Origin: the human T2T-CHM13v2.0 reference genome, Homo sapiens
DNA length: 64,000 nucleotides
Assembly (NCBI RefSeq): GCF_009914755.1
Contig: NC_060944.1
Direction: 5' to 3' (one strand)
Shown here: in pieces, positions 16,031 through 30,510 of the stretch
Layout of the letters: every line of letters starts with the position of its first letter
Numbering within the stretch: position 1 is the stretch's first letter
Program-made: the position numbers and the translations under genes
Notes under the pieces: model-generated
What the model saw: only the letters and a program-made list of their open reading frames with translations
Told to the model about the DNA's origin: nothing
Databases searched by the model: none

Positions 16031-18646
16031 TGATATTGTTTGGCTCTGTGTCCCCACTCAAATCTCATCTTGAATTCCCATGTGTTGTGGGAGGGACCCA
16101 GTGGGAGGTAATTGAATCATGGGGGCAGGTCTTTCCCATGCTGTTCTTGTGATAGTGAATAAGTCTCACAAGATCTGGTGGCTTTATAAGATGGAGTTTC
16201 CCTGCACAAGCTCATTCTCTTTTTGCCTGCTGCCATCCACCTAAGACGGGACTTGCTCTTCCTTGCCTTCTGCCATGATTGGGAGGCTTCCTCAGCCATG
16301 TGTAACTGTAAGTCCAATTAAATCTCTTTCTTTTGTAAATTGCCCAGTCTCAGGTACGTCTTTATCAGCAGCATGAAGATGGACTAATACAGTAAATTGG
16401 TACCAGTAGAGTGGGGTGTTGCTGAAAAGATACCTGAAAATGTGGGAGTGACTTTGGAACTGGGTAACAGGCTGAGGTTGGAACAGTCTGAAAGGGCTTC
16501 GAAGAAGATAGAAAAAATGTGGTAAAGTTTGGAACTTCCTAGAGACTTGTTGAATGGCTTTGCCCAAAATGCTGATAGTGATATGGACAATAAGATCCAG
16601 GCTGAGGTGGTCTCAGATGGAGATGAGGAACTTGTTGGGAACTGGAGCAAAGGTGACTCTTGTTATATTTTGGCAAGGAGACTGGCGGGATTTTGCCCCT
16701 GCCCTAGAGATTTGTGGAACTTTGAACTTGAGAGAGATGATTTAGGGTATCTGGCAGAAGAAATTTCTAAGCTGCAAAGCATTGAAGAGGTGATTTGGGT
16801 GCTTTTAAAAGCATTCAGTTTAAAAAGGGCAACAGAGCATAAAAGTTTGAAAAATTTTCAGCCTGACAATGCCATAGAAAAGAAAATTCAATTTTCTGAG
16901 GAGAAATTCACGCTGGCTATAGAAATTTGCATAAGTAACAAGGAACTGAATGTTAATCCCCAAGACAATGGGGAAAATGTCTCCAGGGCATGTCAGAGAC
17001 ATGCACAGCAGCCCCTCACATCACAGGCCTGGAGGCTTAGGAGGAAAAAGTGATTTCATGGACCAGGCCCAGGGTCCTTGTGCAGTGTGCAGCCTAGGGA
17101 CTTGGTGCCCTGCATCCCAGCTGCTCCAGCTATGGCTGAAAGGGGCCAACATAGAGCGTGGGCCATGGCTTCAGAGGATGCAAGCCCCAAACCTTGGCAG
17201 CTTCCACATGGTGTTGAGCCTGTGGGTGCACAGAAGTCAAGAGTGGGGTTTGGGAACCTCTGCCTAGATTTCAGATGATGTCTGAAAACTCCTGGATGTC
17301 CAGGCAGAAGTTTGCTGCAGGGGTGGGGTTCTCATGGAGAACCTCTGCTAGGGCAGCATGGAAGGCAAATTTGGGGTCAGAGCTCCCCGCACAGAGTCCC
17401 TACTGGGGAACCACCTAGTGGAGCTATGAGAAGAGGGCCACTGTCCTCCAGACCCTAGAATGGTAGATCCACTGACAGCTTGCACTATGCACCTGGAAAA
17501 GCTACAGACACTCAATGCCAGCCCATGAAAGCAGCCGGGAGGGAGGCTGTACCCTTCAAAGCCACAGGGGTGGAGCTGCCCGAGACCATTGGAACCCACC
17601 TCTTGCATCAGTGTGACCTGAATGTGAGACATAGAGTCAAAAGAGATCATTTTGGAGCTTTAAGATTTGACTGCCCTGCTGGATTTCAGACTTGCATGGG
17701 GCCTGTAGCCCCTTTGTTTTGGCCAATTTCTCACATTTGGCATTCCAATGTCTGTACCTCCCTTGTATCTAGGAAGTAACTAACTTGCTTTTGATTATAC
17801 AGGCTCATAGGTGGAAGGGACTTGCCTTGTCTCAGATCAGACTTTTGACTGTGGACTGTTGAGTTAAAGCTGAAATGAGTTAAGACTTTGCGGGACTGTT
17901 GGGAAGGCATGATTTGTTTTAAAATGTGAGGACATGAGATTTGGGAGGGGCAGCATGGAATAATATGGTTTGGCTCTGTGTCCCCACTCAAATCTCTTCT
18001 TGAATTCCCGTGTGTTGTGGAAGGGACTCAGTGGGAGGTAATTGAATCATGGGGGCAGGTCTTTCCCATGCTGTTCTTGTGATAGTGAATAAATCTCACA
18101 AGATATGATGGCATTATAAGGTGGAGTTTCCCTACACAAGCTCATTCTCTCTTCACCTGCTGCTATCCATGTAAGATGGGACTTGCTCCTCCTTGCCTTC
18201 CACCATGATTGTGAGGTTTCCCCAGTCATGTGGAACTGTAAGTCCGTTTAAACTCTTTCTTTTGTAAATTGCCCAGTCTCAGGTATGTCTTTATCAGCAG
18301 TGTGAAAATGGACTACTGGCTGGGTGCGGTGGCTCACGCCTGTAATCCCAGCACTTTGGGAGCCAAGGCAGGCAGATCACGAGGTCAGGAGATCGAGACC
18401 ACGGTGAAATCCCATCTCTACTAAAAAATACAAAAAAATTAGCCAGGCGTGGTGGCAGGCACCTGTAGTCCCAGCTACTCAGGAGGCTGAGGCAGGAGAA
18501 TGTCGTGAACCCAGGAGGCGGAGCTTGCAGTGAGTCGAGATTACACCACTGCACTCCAGCCTGGGCAACAGAGCAAGACTCCGTCTCAAAAAAACAAAAA
18601 AAAAAAAAACAAACAAAAAAAAGAAAACGGACTACTAACTAATACA
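16031..18646 (+). mobile_element. Two-LTR THE1 (MaLR) element: 5' LTR 16031-16391, internal ~16392-17960, 3' LTR 17961-18646 (Alu-interrupted)
   Basis: Two similar LTRs starting T(G/A)ATAT(T/G)GTTTGGCTCTGTGTCCCCACTCAAATCTC and ending ACTAATACA; THE1-int between them with a purine tract before the 3' LTR. Confidence 0.93.
18318..18622 (+). mobile_element. AluY-lineage element with 12-bp left-arm deletion
   Basis: GAGATCGAGACCACGGTGAAA; TSD GAAAA(T/C)GGACTACT at 18304 and 18623. Confidence 0.9.
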
Positions 18647-19264
18647 TGCATAAATATTATATTAAAACATTGTGATTAAAACCATTTCACTTGGACACAA
18701 TCTCACTTTTGTGGCAGGCCTCCCATAAATACTTAATGACTCTCATCAAAGGAAAACACAAATCAAGTGACAAGCAGCCAGTACTCTTCAAAATGGCAAG
18801 ATTATGAAGAACAAAGAAAGGCTAAGGAGCTGTTCCAGATTAAAGGGAATTAAAGAAAATTATCAAGTGTATGCAACATTTGATCTGCGATGGCAGGGTG
18901 TGCTGTCTTCTGGACATGAGTAATTTCCACTACCCATTTTGGTTACCACCCCCTGAGTATGTTCCTGCCTCTCTCCTCCAGGTGCCAGATTCAGTTCCTC
19001 TGCTTGGACTAAGTCAGTCCTGTTGAGCTCCCTCTAGCCCTGCACAGAGGTGGAAGGGGAGGAGGAGTCACCTCTTTGGCTTGTCTTGGTGGTAGTTTCC
19101 CAACCAGTGATTCAGGTGCTTACATACCCAGATCCTCCCGTACTCCCAGTTTTGCTAGTTCTGGGCTGGAAGCACCCCCGAAGACACCCTACATTTTACA
19201 GCAGTCCTCTCTTATATGGGCTTTTGCTTTCTATGCTACAATCCCACCGTAGTAGCAAGCGTAC

Positions 19265-19636
19265 TCCTACAGTTTGGATGCTTGTCCCCTCCAAACCTCA
19301 TATTAAAATTTGATCTCCAATGTTGGAAGTGTTTGGGTCATGGGGGTGGCTCCCTTATGAATAGATTATGCCTTCTGTCCCTCTGGGTGACTCCTCACTC
19401 TATCAATTTCCACAAGAGCAGGTTGTTAATCCTTTTTCTCACTTGTTTCCTCTATTGCTTTGAGTGGAACCAGCGCACATCACTCCCCTTTGCCTTCTGC
19501 CATGAGTGGGAGCAGCCTGTGGCCCTCACCAGAAGCAGGTGCTGGCACCATGCTTCTGCTAAGCTAAATAAACCTCTTTTCTTTATAAATTACCCGCCTC
19601 AGATCTTCCTTTCTAGCAACACAAAATGGACTAACA
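19265..19636 (+). mobile_element. MST-type MaLR solo LTR
   Basis: AGTTTGGATGCTTGTCCCCTCCAAACCTCAT...AAATAAACCTCTTTTCTTTATAAATTACCC...GGACTAA. Confidence 0.8.
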
Positions 19637-20394
19637 GCTACCAAAAACACCTTTTCTTCTTTTCTAATCTAATTACATATTTGTTTCCAAATAAATATCT
19701 CTCTTGCAATGTCTGAGATTTTGCAGTGAGAAGGAGAAGTTACAGAATATTCTCAGGAGTCTATCTCTTCAGAACAGACTTGCAAAGTGTTTTCTTTCAA
19801 GTTTTCTTGCCCCAAAGTACAGGAAATAGTGCTGAATCTATTCATTACTAGGAGTTATCTTTATATTCTATCAAGGTTATATTTCAGCTCCTTGAAAGCC
19901 TATTGTATTATAGAGTTGCTCTTGTTAAAAGAGAAATCTTTGAAGGATGCCAAGGGTTATCTTGGCAGGAATCCATGGTAAACAGAGCTCTGGCTCTAAG
20001 AGATCACAATATGCATCCTCCTGGATAGATGGTCCTGTAAGAGGAGGCACAATTCTGCATTTGGTAGCATAATGTGCATGTGTGTGTGGGCTTTTATTTG
20101 CAATTTTTTGTTAATTAGTGAAGAACTATTGGCCAATATTTGGAATTAAATTATGAATAAGTGTAAATGAGAACTTGTGTCCATCACATGAGGAAGATTC
20201 TCCTAGGGATGAACAGATAAAATATAATTTCTGCCTTTATTCAAAAAAAACAGCAAATTCAGCATTAAAGTTCTGCTCTGTGGTATGTAAAGTTTAGGTT
20301 TCAAAGAAGCCACAAGCCATTTCCTGTGGCTAGCAACAGAGCACTCTCTTCTCTTGAACTCACTTGTTCTATGCTCATCATTCATTCTTATGTT

Positions 20395-20818
20395 CATTGG
20401 ATTAGCTAACTTTTGCTTTGCAATGAACTACTCCAACTATCAAAGACTTAAAAGAATGGCCATTGATTTAGCCTAAGAGTGGGCTGGGCAGTTCCCTGTC
20501 TGGACTGGGGTTGGCTGATCTCAGCTGGGCCCACTCATGCATCTGCAGTCAGTTGGTGAGTTGGCCAAGGCTAATGGCTGAAGTGGCAGGGGCAACTGCT
20601 CCAACTGGCCCACCTGTCTGTCGCTAGCCTGGACTCCATGTGGGGACTGGGCTCCAACGGCAGCCAGAAAGTATGCCCCAGATCCTAAGCACACTGAGGC
20701 CTCAGCTAGCTTCATCTCATTAATGTCCCCTTGGTCAAAGCAAGTCAGAAGGTGAAGAATATGTTCAAACAGTGAGGGAGGGAAAGAATTTGTGGCCATT
20801 TTGCAACTACCAAGCCAC
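20395..20818 (-). mobile_element. MLT1-type LTR
   Basis: GGGCCCACTCATGCATCTGCAGTCAG and GTGGCCATTTTGCAA motifs. Confidence 0.55.
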
Positions 20819-20828
20819 ATTTTCGTTA

Positions 20829-21123
20829 ATTTTTTTTTTTTAAGATGGAATCTCACTTTGTCTCTCAGGCTGGAATGCAGTGGCACCATCTTGGCCTACT
20901 GCAACCTCCGCCTCCTGGATTTAAGTGATCCTCCCACCTCAGGCTCCCAAGTAGCGGGATTACAAGTGTGCACCACCATGCCCAGCTAATTGCTGTATTT
21001 TTAGTACAGACGGGGTTTCACCATGTTGGCCAGGCTTGTCTCAAACTCCTGACCTCAAGTGATTTGCCTGCCTCAGCCTCACAAAGTGCTGGGATTATAG
21101 ATGTGAGCTACCATGCCCTACCT
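20829..21123 (-). mobile_element. Alu (AluS/J)
   Basis: Alu consensus after poly-T. Confidence 0.93.
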
Positions 21124-24100
21124 AGTTAATTCTATCAATGTGGTTTATCTATCCACCTGGACAGATTTCTACACAGAGTTGAAAGTATTAAAGAAAATAC
21201 ATAATGGGAAAATAACATAAATTACATAGTAATTTCTTATTATGAAGCAACATGAGATTAGATAAGAAACTGAGTTCTAACCACAGTCCATTTTGTAGCA
21301 ATGTGACTTTGAGCAAATAATTTAGGTTGGGAGTTAGTGTTTTTTACCTTTAGAGTGAGGAAGTTGGTTTATCTCTGAGGTTTCTCTTGGATTACCAAGA
21401 TGTTGGATTATCTCTGAGCCTCCTCTTATCACTCCATTATTAGTAGAAAGAAATTTGATATGAGATGGATAAAAGAAAGCAGCTTTATCCTGAAGAATTT
21501 ACCAACAAAATTTGTTTAAATCCAACAAAAATACAGGAATTTCTAGCCCAAGAATATGAGCTCTAAGTATTCCCAGATTTGGACTTTGAGTATTTAATCT
21601 CCAGAGAACTTTTGTCTTCTCCCAAAACTTCTCCTACCTGTCCACTCAGTCTTTGACCAAATGTTCAGGTTTACTATGAAGCGCTGACACAGAGGGATTG
21701 GGGCTTCACATCCTTGCCTTGCCATGTTGTTCTCCTGACTTCCCCCCACTAAAAGTTTGACCTCACTGAGGCAGACTGCAGTCTTCTTGTTCCTAGTAGT
21801 TAGTAGAGTGTTACATATCAATAATCACTAGACACTAGCTGAATGAATGGACTACAATTGAGCTGATTTTTCATGAATAGCAGAGGACTATGTTTCTTTG
21901 AGGACTGTAACAGTATATTTTTGGAACACTGGAAAACAGTGGAGGCTGCACTTAGAGCTAGAGTTAGTGGTTTTCTACTTTAAGCAAAGTGATTTAATTT
22001 GCTTTGGCTGTGAAGAGGGGATGCAGGGGCGCTGTAAGGTGGTGGATGCCTCACCTCCTCTAGAAGGCAAATCAGAGATCCTGTGCTGCTTGGAATAGAA
22101 GAAGGCAGTGAGGAAGTGAAAGTTCAGCCACCTCTGGGGCAACAGTGATCTAGAGGGCTCAAGGCACTTGAATGGGGGACACTCTAAGGTCAAACTTAGA
22201 CCTGGTGCCACCTTTCCCAGAAGCGGGGAGGCCAGACCATTAACGCAGCCCTATTGGGCTCCATATCCTGCTCTAGCCCACCTTTCATGAACAGAGTGAG
22301 CTCCAGGAGGGAAACAGAGAGGAAAACAGCTCCATCATGAGCACCCTTGAAAACCAGCACTTGGATAATCACATCAGCAGCTGATCGCAGACTGTTTTTA
22401 ATCATTGACTTTCCATTGAGCGTCTGTCGTTATACGGTCCTGGGTTTTGGCTGAGATTATCTCTGAAGAAAAAAGATGAAAAGAAGCAAATCCATATTGG
22501 ACTACGGAATTTCTTCCATTTACCATAAATAAGCAATAATAACAACAATGATAAAGAATATTAAATAGCAAAGAAAAAAGTCCTTGTCATTTTATGGATT
22601 CACAATAGAACTACTACATTTACTATAAGATATTATATTGATTAACTCAGTGATATGATACTAGAAATCAGTCTTGCAGGGGAAAAAATCTGATTTAGAA
22701 AAAATTATATTAGAGATTCATGTTCATTTTAAACCTCAAAGTGTGACTGGTAATGAAAAATTGAGGCCCTATGCTTCTGATTAAAACTGATTTAGAGGTG
22801 GCCTTGCCTGAAGCCTAGAAAATTCAGTAGAAAAATCTCTAAGATCTCTCTAATGTGGTTTTTCTCCAATTAATTAATTAACCCTTAATTATTCCACATA
22901 ATGCTCCTGTGATGGAGGAAACTGGTGAAGTTACTGCCGTCTTAATGAGAAGGAACACGAGGCAATGGGATGTGAAATGATCTCTGGAGTCACAGAGGGA
23001 GCCGACACTGAACTCAGGAGAGAATGCAGAAAGCTGGGAATCTTCCTCTTCTGTGCAAAGAGGGGTTTCTCACAAATAAGCAGACTACTGCTTTTCATTC
23101 TCCATCAGAGTCAGCCTCCTTAATTTAAAGCAGGAGGAAGTTAAACTCTGCACCCAGTTATCTGCAGGCTTTCAAGACAAGAAGCTATGACGCAATATAG
23201 TACCTGCATTTCCAAATCTTGAATATTACAAAGAGTTTCAGAAAAAGAGAAAAACATGGTTATATATAAACATACAATAATCTTCATCTTAAGACTGGCT
23301 GCATCTGAACTGTTTATTTTTCTGTCTTCCAAAAGGATCCAGAAATTTTAAACTGGGAACATATTTTCAAAGCACAGTACAGGCAAGGCATTGTGATTGC
23401 TCACAAATATTCCTTTTTAAACGTTTAAAAATGGTTCTTCCAAACAGTTTTGAGAGATTGAACTAAATGAGTGTTTTAGTGGCTACAAAACACTTCTGGG
23501 TCCTAAAGCACTTTATTTCAAGATTAAGAAGACTCAGAGAAAATATAATCAGAATAAATTCTGAAAACTGGAAGGAGTAGGTGCTCTTAATAAGCGGGCA
23601 GATAGACTGTGAAATCCTATCTGAAGAGCAGGAACAACAGGCTTCTGCAACGTGGTCCTCATTCAAATTCATGGAAGAATAAATCAACAGCATTTGAAGT
23701 GCCTCAGAGCAAGGATGAACGTGACAAGCACGGAAGGGCTCACTGGAGGCATGAATTCAGCTTTGTGTGGCAGGGTTGCCGAAATCCAGTTTATTTACTT
23801 TTGAACCATTCAGAAGAAACCATTAAGAGGGGTAAAAAAGGAAGAAAAACAGAATATAAGCAGATATTTCCTTTTTAATTTTTTTTAACATGCACTCTGG
23901 GTGACTGGACACAGTTGCTTCCGTTGGTCCATAAAAGCCATCATTGTATTATAGCTGGTGGGTTGTTGGATGACAAACAACAGGAGCAGATTGCCTCAGT
24001 GGAGTTCCTCCCCTGCACGCAATGGTAGTCAGGGTTTAGACCTTGAGAGCTTCCCCTTTTTGTGAACATTGCTTGGGAAAAAAAGCCTTCCAGCCCCGAC

Positions 24101-24159
24101 TTAGAGGGATGAAGTTCAAATCCATGATATTGGTAGAGGAATCAAATTGTCTTCCCAGC

Positions 24160-24552
24160 TGTTATGGACTAAATTGTGTCAAATTCACATGTGGAAGCCC
24201 TAACCCCCAGTGCTTTAGAATGTGACTGTGTTTGGAGATGGGGCCTTTAAAGATGTAATTAAGTTAAAATGAGGCCATTAGCATAGGCCCTGATGCAACC
24301 AGGCTGCTGTCCATATAAGAACAGGAGAGTAAGACACTCCTGGAGAGACCAAGGGTGCACATGGAGGAAAGGCCCCTTGAGGACACAGTGAGATGGCAGC
24401 TGTCTGCAAGCCCAGGAGGAGGCTTCAGAAGAAACCAAACCTGCCAACAGCTGGATCCTGTCCATCCAGACTTCAAAGCTGTGAGAAAATAAATTTTTGT
24501 TGCTTGAGCCACCCAGTCTGTGGTATTTTGTTAAGGCAGCCCTGGTGAGCTA
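24160..24552 (+). mobile_element. MLT1A/B-type MaLR LTR
   Basis: TGTTATGGACTAAATTGTG...GAGAAAATAAATTTTTGTTG...GGCAGCCCT. Confidence 0.8.
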
Positions 24553-26569
24553 GAAGATCAGCTTTGGACCTAGTGCTGTTCAGTGCTCATCTGGAATTGA
24601 GTAGACTTTCTATGTCCAGACATGCAACGGCAGTTCAGTGATACGTGTTGAGTGAATGAATGGATGATCTTCCTTTTCACACTTTCCTTATTTTTGGAAA
24701 CAGGCCTAGTTGTAATATCTCCATCACAGGGTTGTAGTCGGAAGTACCTGTAAAATGCTTAGCGCATCCACTGGTGCACGGTCACACCATAACAGTATTT
24801 GTTCCAATGATTTTTACTATTAAGCTTTATATTCATTTTTAGCTTTTAGTGGTGTTATAGACAGTGATTCTTAAGCTAGGCAGTGGGACACATTCATGAG
24901 CACCATGAGTATTTTACTTCCTGCAGTTTCAACAGAACTTGGGCTATTTTTCTCTAATGTACTGAATTTGGTTTGTGGACCAGAAAATCATAGGAATTAG
25001 AAACGGATGGGACAGGCCCCATCACACTGGGCTTATCTTTTAATGGTTGGATTAGGTGGTTTTATGACTCTTTGGTGTTTTATATCAGGGGTGGGAATGG
25101 AGGGTGGAAGGAACAAACCGATGTTCTTCCCTTTTCTCAGTTTCCCACTTCTGAAGTCCCAGCAAACACATCGGACTCAAAGCAGGCAGAGCTTGGGCCT
25201 AAACTGCACTTTAGGGTGAAGGGAGCATGGAAGGCTATGTTCCTCAGGTATAATGAGTGATAGGACTTCCATAATTTGTGTCTTAATAACTCTTCCACTA
25301 TGGACTAGATTTTACTTCTCTGGTCGAAAATTTTCTTAGCTTTATTCAATTACCTTCAGTTAGTCCCCTTTTCTCAGAAATAATCTTCCACGGTAAAAAC
25401 CCCCAAATAAAGTGCATAGAGCTAACTTTTGTGCTCTCTGTACTTCGTGATTATTGAGCCAGCCTTCTGCATGCTGCATTAATCTCTCAAACCAGCCTCA
25501 GACTTGGGCTGCAAGGAAAGTGTTTCCAATTTTAACCTGTCTGCATTCCATAAGGCTTTGTTTATGAAACTGACACTGTCCCAGAGGGCCCCACGGCCCT
25601 TCAGTGTCCCTTGCGTAAATTCCATTTCATCACTGTGTTATTATTAATTTGAGGCTTCTCATTGTTGATTACTTATGCATTTGCCCTCATCTTGGAACCC
25701 CTGTAGGTGGGGAGCTGTGGACAGTCCGCCTGGTGTCCTTTGTGCTTCTTGTAACCTGTACTCCTGCATGAGCAGAGCATGCTCCATAACGAGCTGATCG
25801 GATGGGAGCAGCTGGCCACACGTCCATTTTCACCTTCCATCAGTCTGCGCATCCATATTGCCTCTTTTTTATTTTCTCTCCTTGATTATGTTTTTTCTGA
25901 GCTGTGTAGTGTAGCACTTCGAGATTGACAAGTATGCCATCAAGAAAGCAGGCAGAGAGGGAGAATGTCTTAAATTTTTAATTTTGAAATGCTCTGCACC
26001 ACCAGAAACAGCAAACAGGGCAGGTTCGGCAATTTGGGGGTGGAAAACAGCACACAGAGGATGCATGAGCTCACAGCAGCAGCTGCGATAAGGAGGGTTA
26101 AGACAGATGCCAATGAGAGAAGAGAAATACAGGCACTTTTCCCAGCCAACTGTCAGCCCTGAAAGCAAATGGTGCCAGCCCAGAAGGCCGCTGACAAGGG
26201 AAGAAAGAGAGAAAAGGGCCTCATGCAAGAGAAGATGAGGAAGAAATCTAGAAAATGTGGTTATAGCAGCAGCCTTCCAGTCTCTCATTCTTCTGTAAAG
26301 GATGCTCTGCCCTGCCACACACATGGGGGATGGTCAGCTCCAGCACAGCGGGGTGGTTCGCCCCAGAGCCCCCTCCCTAGTGACTGGAATTTCCTCCAGT
26401 GGCCTAAAATGAAAGAATTTTTCTCTAGTCTTTTTTCAGTGGGATTTTAATAGACGCTTAGAACCATATTAGAGCGAAAGGGTGTTTGGGGATTTTACAG
26501 CGTGCAGTAGTAGCATGCAGAGACCTGAGCATGAGGGTTGCCTACTTCGTCCCACAGCTTGCCATTTTT

Positions 26570-27560
<991 letters not shown>

Positions 27561-28678
27561 TGTGATACAGTTTGCTTTTGAGATTCAAATAACTGAGGAA
27601 TTTTTTTCCTTAGTGGAAACATCCAATGAGCTGGTTGATATATGTGCCTCTTGTTCTGCTGCTTGCTGCCAGGGCAACCTGTAGGACTCTATCTGCCTGG
27701 AAATAATTAATGCCTAAAATGGAATGATATAAAAAAATATGAAGCAAGGACTCTGACCTCAAAGAGCTCACACTCAACTTGGAAAGATAGTAACTCTACA
27801 CACGACACTAGCAGGCCACAATGAAGTACTGAAGTGTTTGGGAGTACTGTTAAACGTTTGCTTAATGTTTCTGAAATGTTGGTACTAAGGGTAAAATGCA
27901 AACAGTGGAATCAGTCCCCGAGTACAAAGAAATGAGAGATGGCAGAACATTGGCACTGGGAAAAGCCTCAAGAAAGAAATGGAACTTTGCTGAGCTGTTT
28001 GAGTGTAAGATGAAGAAAACTGAAATATTTCAAAACATTTTTTTTGTCATGCACATTGCTATGTATATGACACTGAGCAAATATCTTAATATTGACAATG
28101 GCCTAAATTGCTGGCTTTGTCACTTAACATCAGAAATACAAGTTACATTGAATGTTTCAGAACCTCTTGAAGTTTCTAATCATCCTCTTACCTCTTACAT
28201 TAGCTGTAACTTTAGTGATTATGTCAAGAGAGTGAATTGTGCTTTGAAATTAGGGGAGGTTGAAAACATGGTTTGTGTGCTGTCAACTGTTTAGGGTGGA
28301 GAAATGGATTCTACAAAATCTGCTTCCCACCTCTGATTTCAAAATATTGAAGTAAATTTCACATTTCTTGTAGGCAATTAAAAAGGACAAATGTTGAAAT
28401 TATATATCACTAGAAAGGTCTTTATGATCCATGTAACTTGGTGGGTAAATATTTTAAAAATCTCTTAAGTAGTAAATTTGACAGAGAGGGCTTCTTGCTT
28501 CCAAATATTAATTTTTACTCTTCGCCTTCAGATAGCAAAATCTTGGGCAACATCTCCTGCCAAGAAACTACATTTCCTGGCCTTTTTGTTTTTTAAACTT
28601 GGTGAGCCCATGTAACTGAGTTCTAGCCAAAGTAATACAGATGGAAGTATAGTTTTGAAGCCTACCTAAAAGAGTGGG

Positions 28679-28975
28679 GGCTAGGCACAGTGGCTCACAC
28701 CTGTAATCCCAACATTTTGGGAGGCTGAGGCAAGAGGATTGCTTCAGGCCAGGAGTTTGAGACTAGCCTGGGCAACAGAAGGAGACCTCGTCTCTACAAA
28801 ACAGAAAAAGAAATACAAAAATTAGCTGGACATGGTGGCATACGCCTGTAGTCCTAGCTACTTGGGAGGCTGAGGAGGAACACCTGAGCCCAGGAGTTCA
28901 AGGCTGCAGTGAGCTATTATTGCAGCCTCGGTGACAGAGCAAGACCCTGTTTCTAAAAAAAAGAAAAAAAAAAAA
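28679..28975 (+). mobile_element. AluJ within MLT1-like sequence (~28560-29240)
   Basis: GAGGATTGCTT, AGGAGTTCAAGGCTGCAGTGAGCT AluJ diagnostics. Confidence 0.9.
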
Positions 28976-29629
28976 GACAGTGGGCAAAGCCATTCTCCTT
29001 CCTTCCTGCCTGGAACTTCAGCAGCCATTTGGGACTGTGAAGTCACCTTTTGAATGAAAGCAGAAAAATAGACCAAGAAAATAAAACGGAAAAGTAGAAG
29101 TTCTCTCAGTCCATGAAGACTTTGTGGGACAGCCTTGAACTGCTGATCTTCAGGTGTCTTTTACATAATAATCCTTTGTGAGTTTCAGCCACTGCAAATG
29201 AGTCTCTGTTGCTAGTAGTTGAACACAGCTCCCCACTGATGTAGATGGATAGAAATGTAGAATCCATACTTTCTCGATCTAAAGATTAAGAAGTCCATGG
29301 ATTCTGATGGCGTTTTCTTCTTCACGGGATCCCCAGTGGAGAGGGATGTGCAGTCTACCTCTGTGCTTGGCTTCCTCCACTATTTGTGACTGTAACTATC
29401 AGGCTTGTCCAGTTTATTCCCCTTCCCTTCAGTTCTGGGTTGATCGCAAGACTGTGGGGAAAATAAGATGTATTAATGTCTCTCTTCACATAAAAACTGC
29501 AGACTCTGTTATGGCCTGTATATCAGAGGCATCCATGGAACAAAAGGCTCGAGGCACCTTGAGGAAAGTCATGGTGACCCCCACCCATGAAGAAGTGTGA
29601 AAAAGCCATTCCTCTAGAAAGCCCATGAA

Positions 29630-30510
29630 ACAGATGATATTTTCTAAAAGTGGCTATAAGAATATCTCTGGTCCCACGCAAACTTCCAGAAATGTTCTAC
29701 TTCCCTCATCAAGACTAGAATCTACGTCCCCTCCCTTTCAACCTAGGAAGGTCTTTGTGACTATCTCAATTAATAGAAGACAGCAGAGGAGATACTACAT
29801 GACTTTCAAGACTGGGTCATAAAAGACAATACAACTTCTGCCTAGCTCTGTGTCTAGGAACAGGTATGTTTCTAACCCTGTAAGAAGCCTGCTACCATAA
29901 AGTCACCATACTAGAAAGACCACACAGAAGTAAAGATGCCCATGAAATTCAACTGCTCCAATCTGTTTAAATATTGATGGCTCAGATACCAAACATAGGA
30001 GTGAGGAAGTCAAGATGATCCTAACCCCAGCCACTGTCTGACATGAGAGATCCTGAGCACCAACCACCTAGCTGAGCCCAGTCAACCTTCAGAACTATGG
30101 TCAGGTGTGGTGGCTTATGCCTGTAATCCCAGCACTGTAGGAGGCCGATGGGGAGAATGCTTGAGCCCAGGTGTTTGAGACCAGCCTGGGCAACATGATG
30201 AGACTCCGTCTCTACAAAAAATTAAGAAAATTAGCCAGGTGTGATGGTGTGTGCCTGTGGTCCCAGCTACTCAGGAAGCTAAGGTTGGAGTTTCCTTTGA
30301 TCCCAGGAGGTCAAGGCTGCAGTGAGCCATGATTACGCTACTGCGCTCTAGCCTGGGTGACAGAGGGAGGCCCTGTATCAAAAAAAAAAAAAAGAAGAAG
30401 AAGAAAAAAACCAAAACTCCCAGAACAATGAAAGATAATATAAAATGATTATTATAATTTTGAATCACTGATTTTTAAGATGATTTGTTCACAGCAATGT
30501 AAAACTAGAT
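29630..30510 (+). mobile_element. MLT1G/H-type LTR containing AluJ (30099-30409)
   Basis: CTAGAATCT...CACCTAGCTGAGCCCAGTCAAC then Alu, then AATAAAATGATT. Confidence 0.7.

Noticed and set aside
16529-17053. 174-aa ORF as a novel gene
   Set aside because: Lies inside THE1-int and starts at TTG; the expected decayed MaLR ORF.
25869-26450. Opposed ORFs of 151 aa (-) and 93 aa (+) in unique sequence
   Set aside because: No recognisable domain, promoter or exon structure; low-complexity purine-rich composition.
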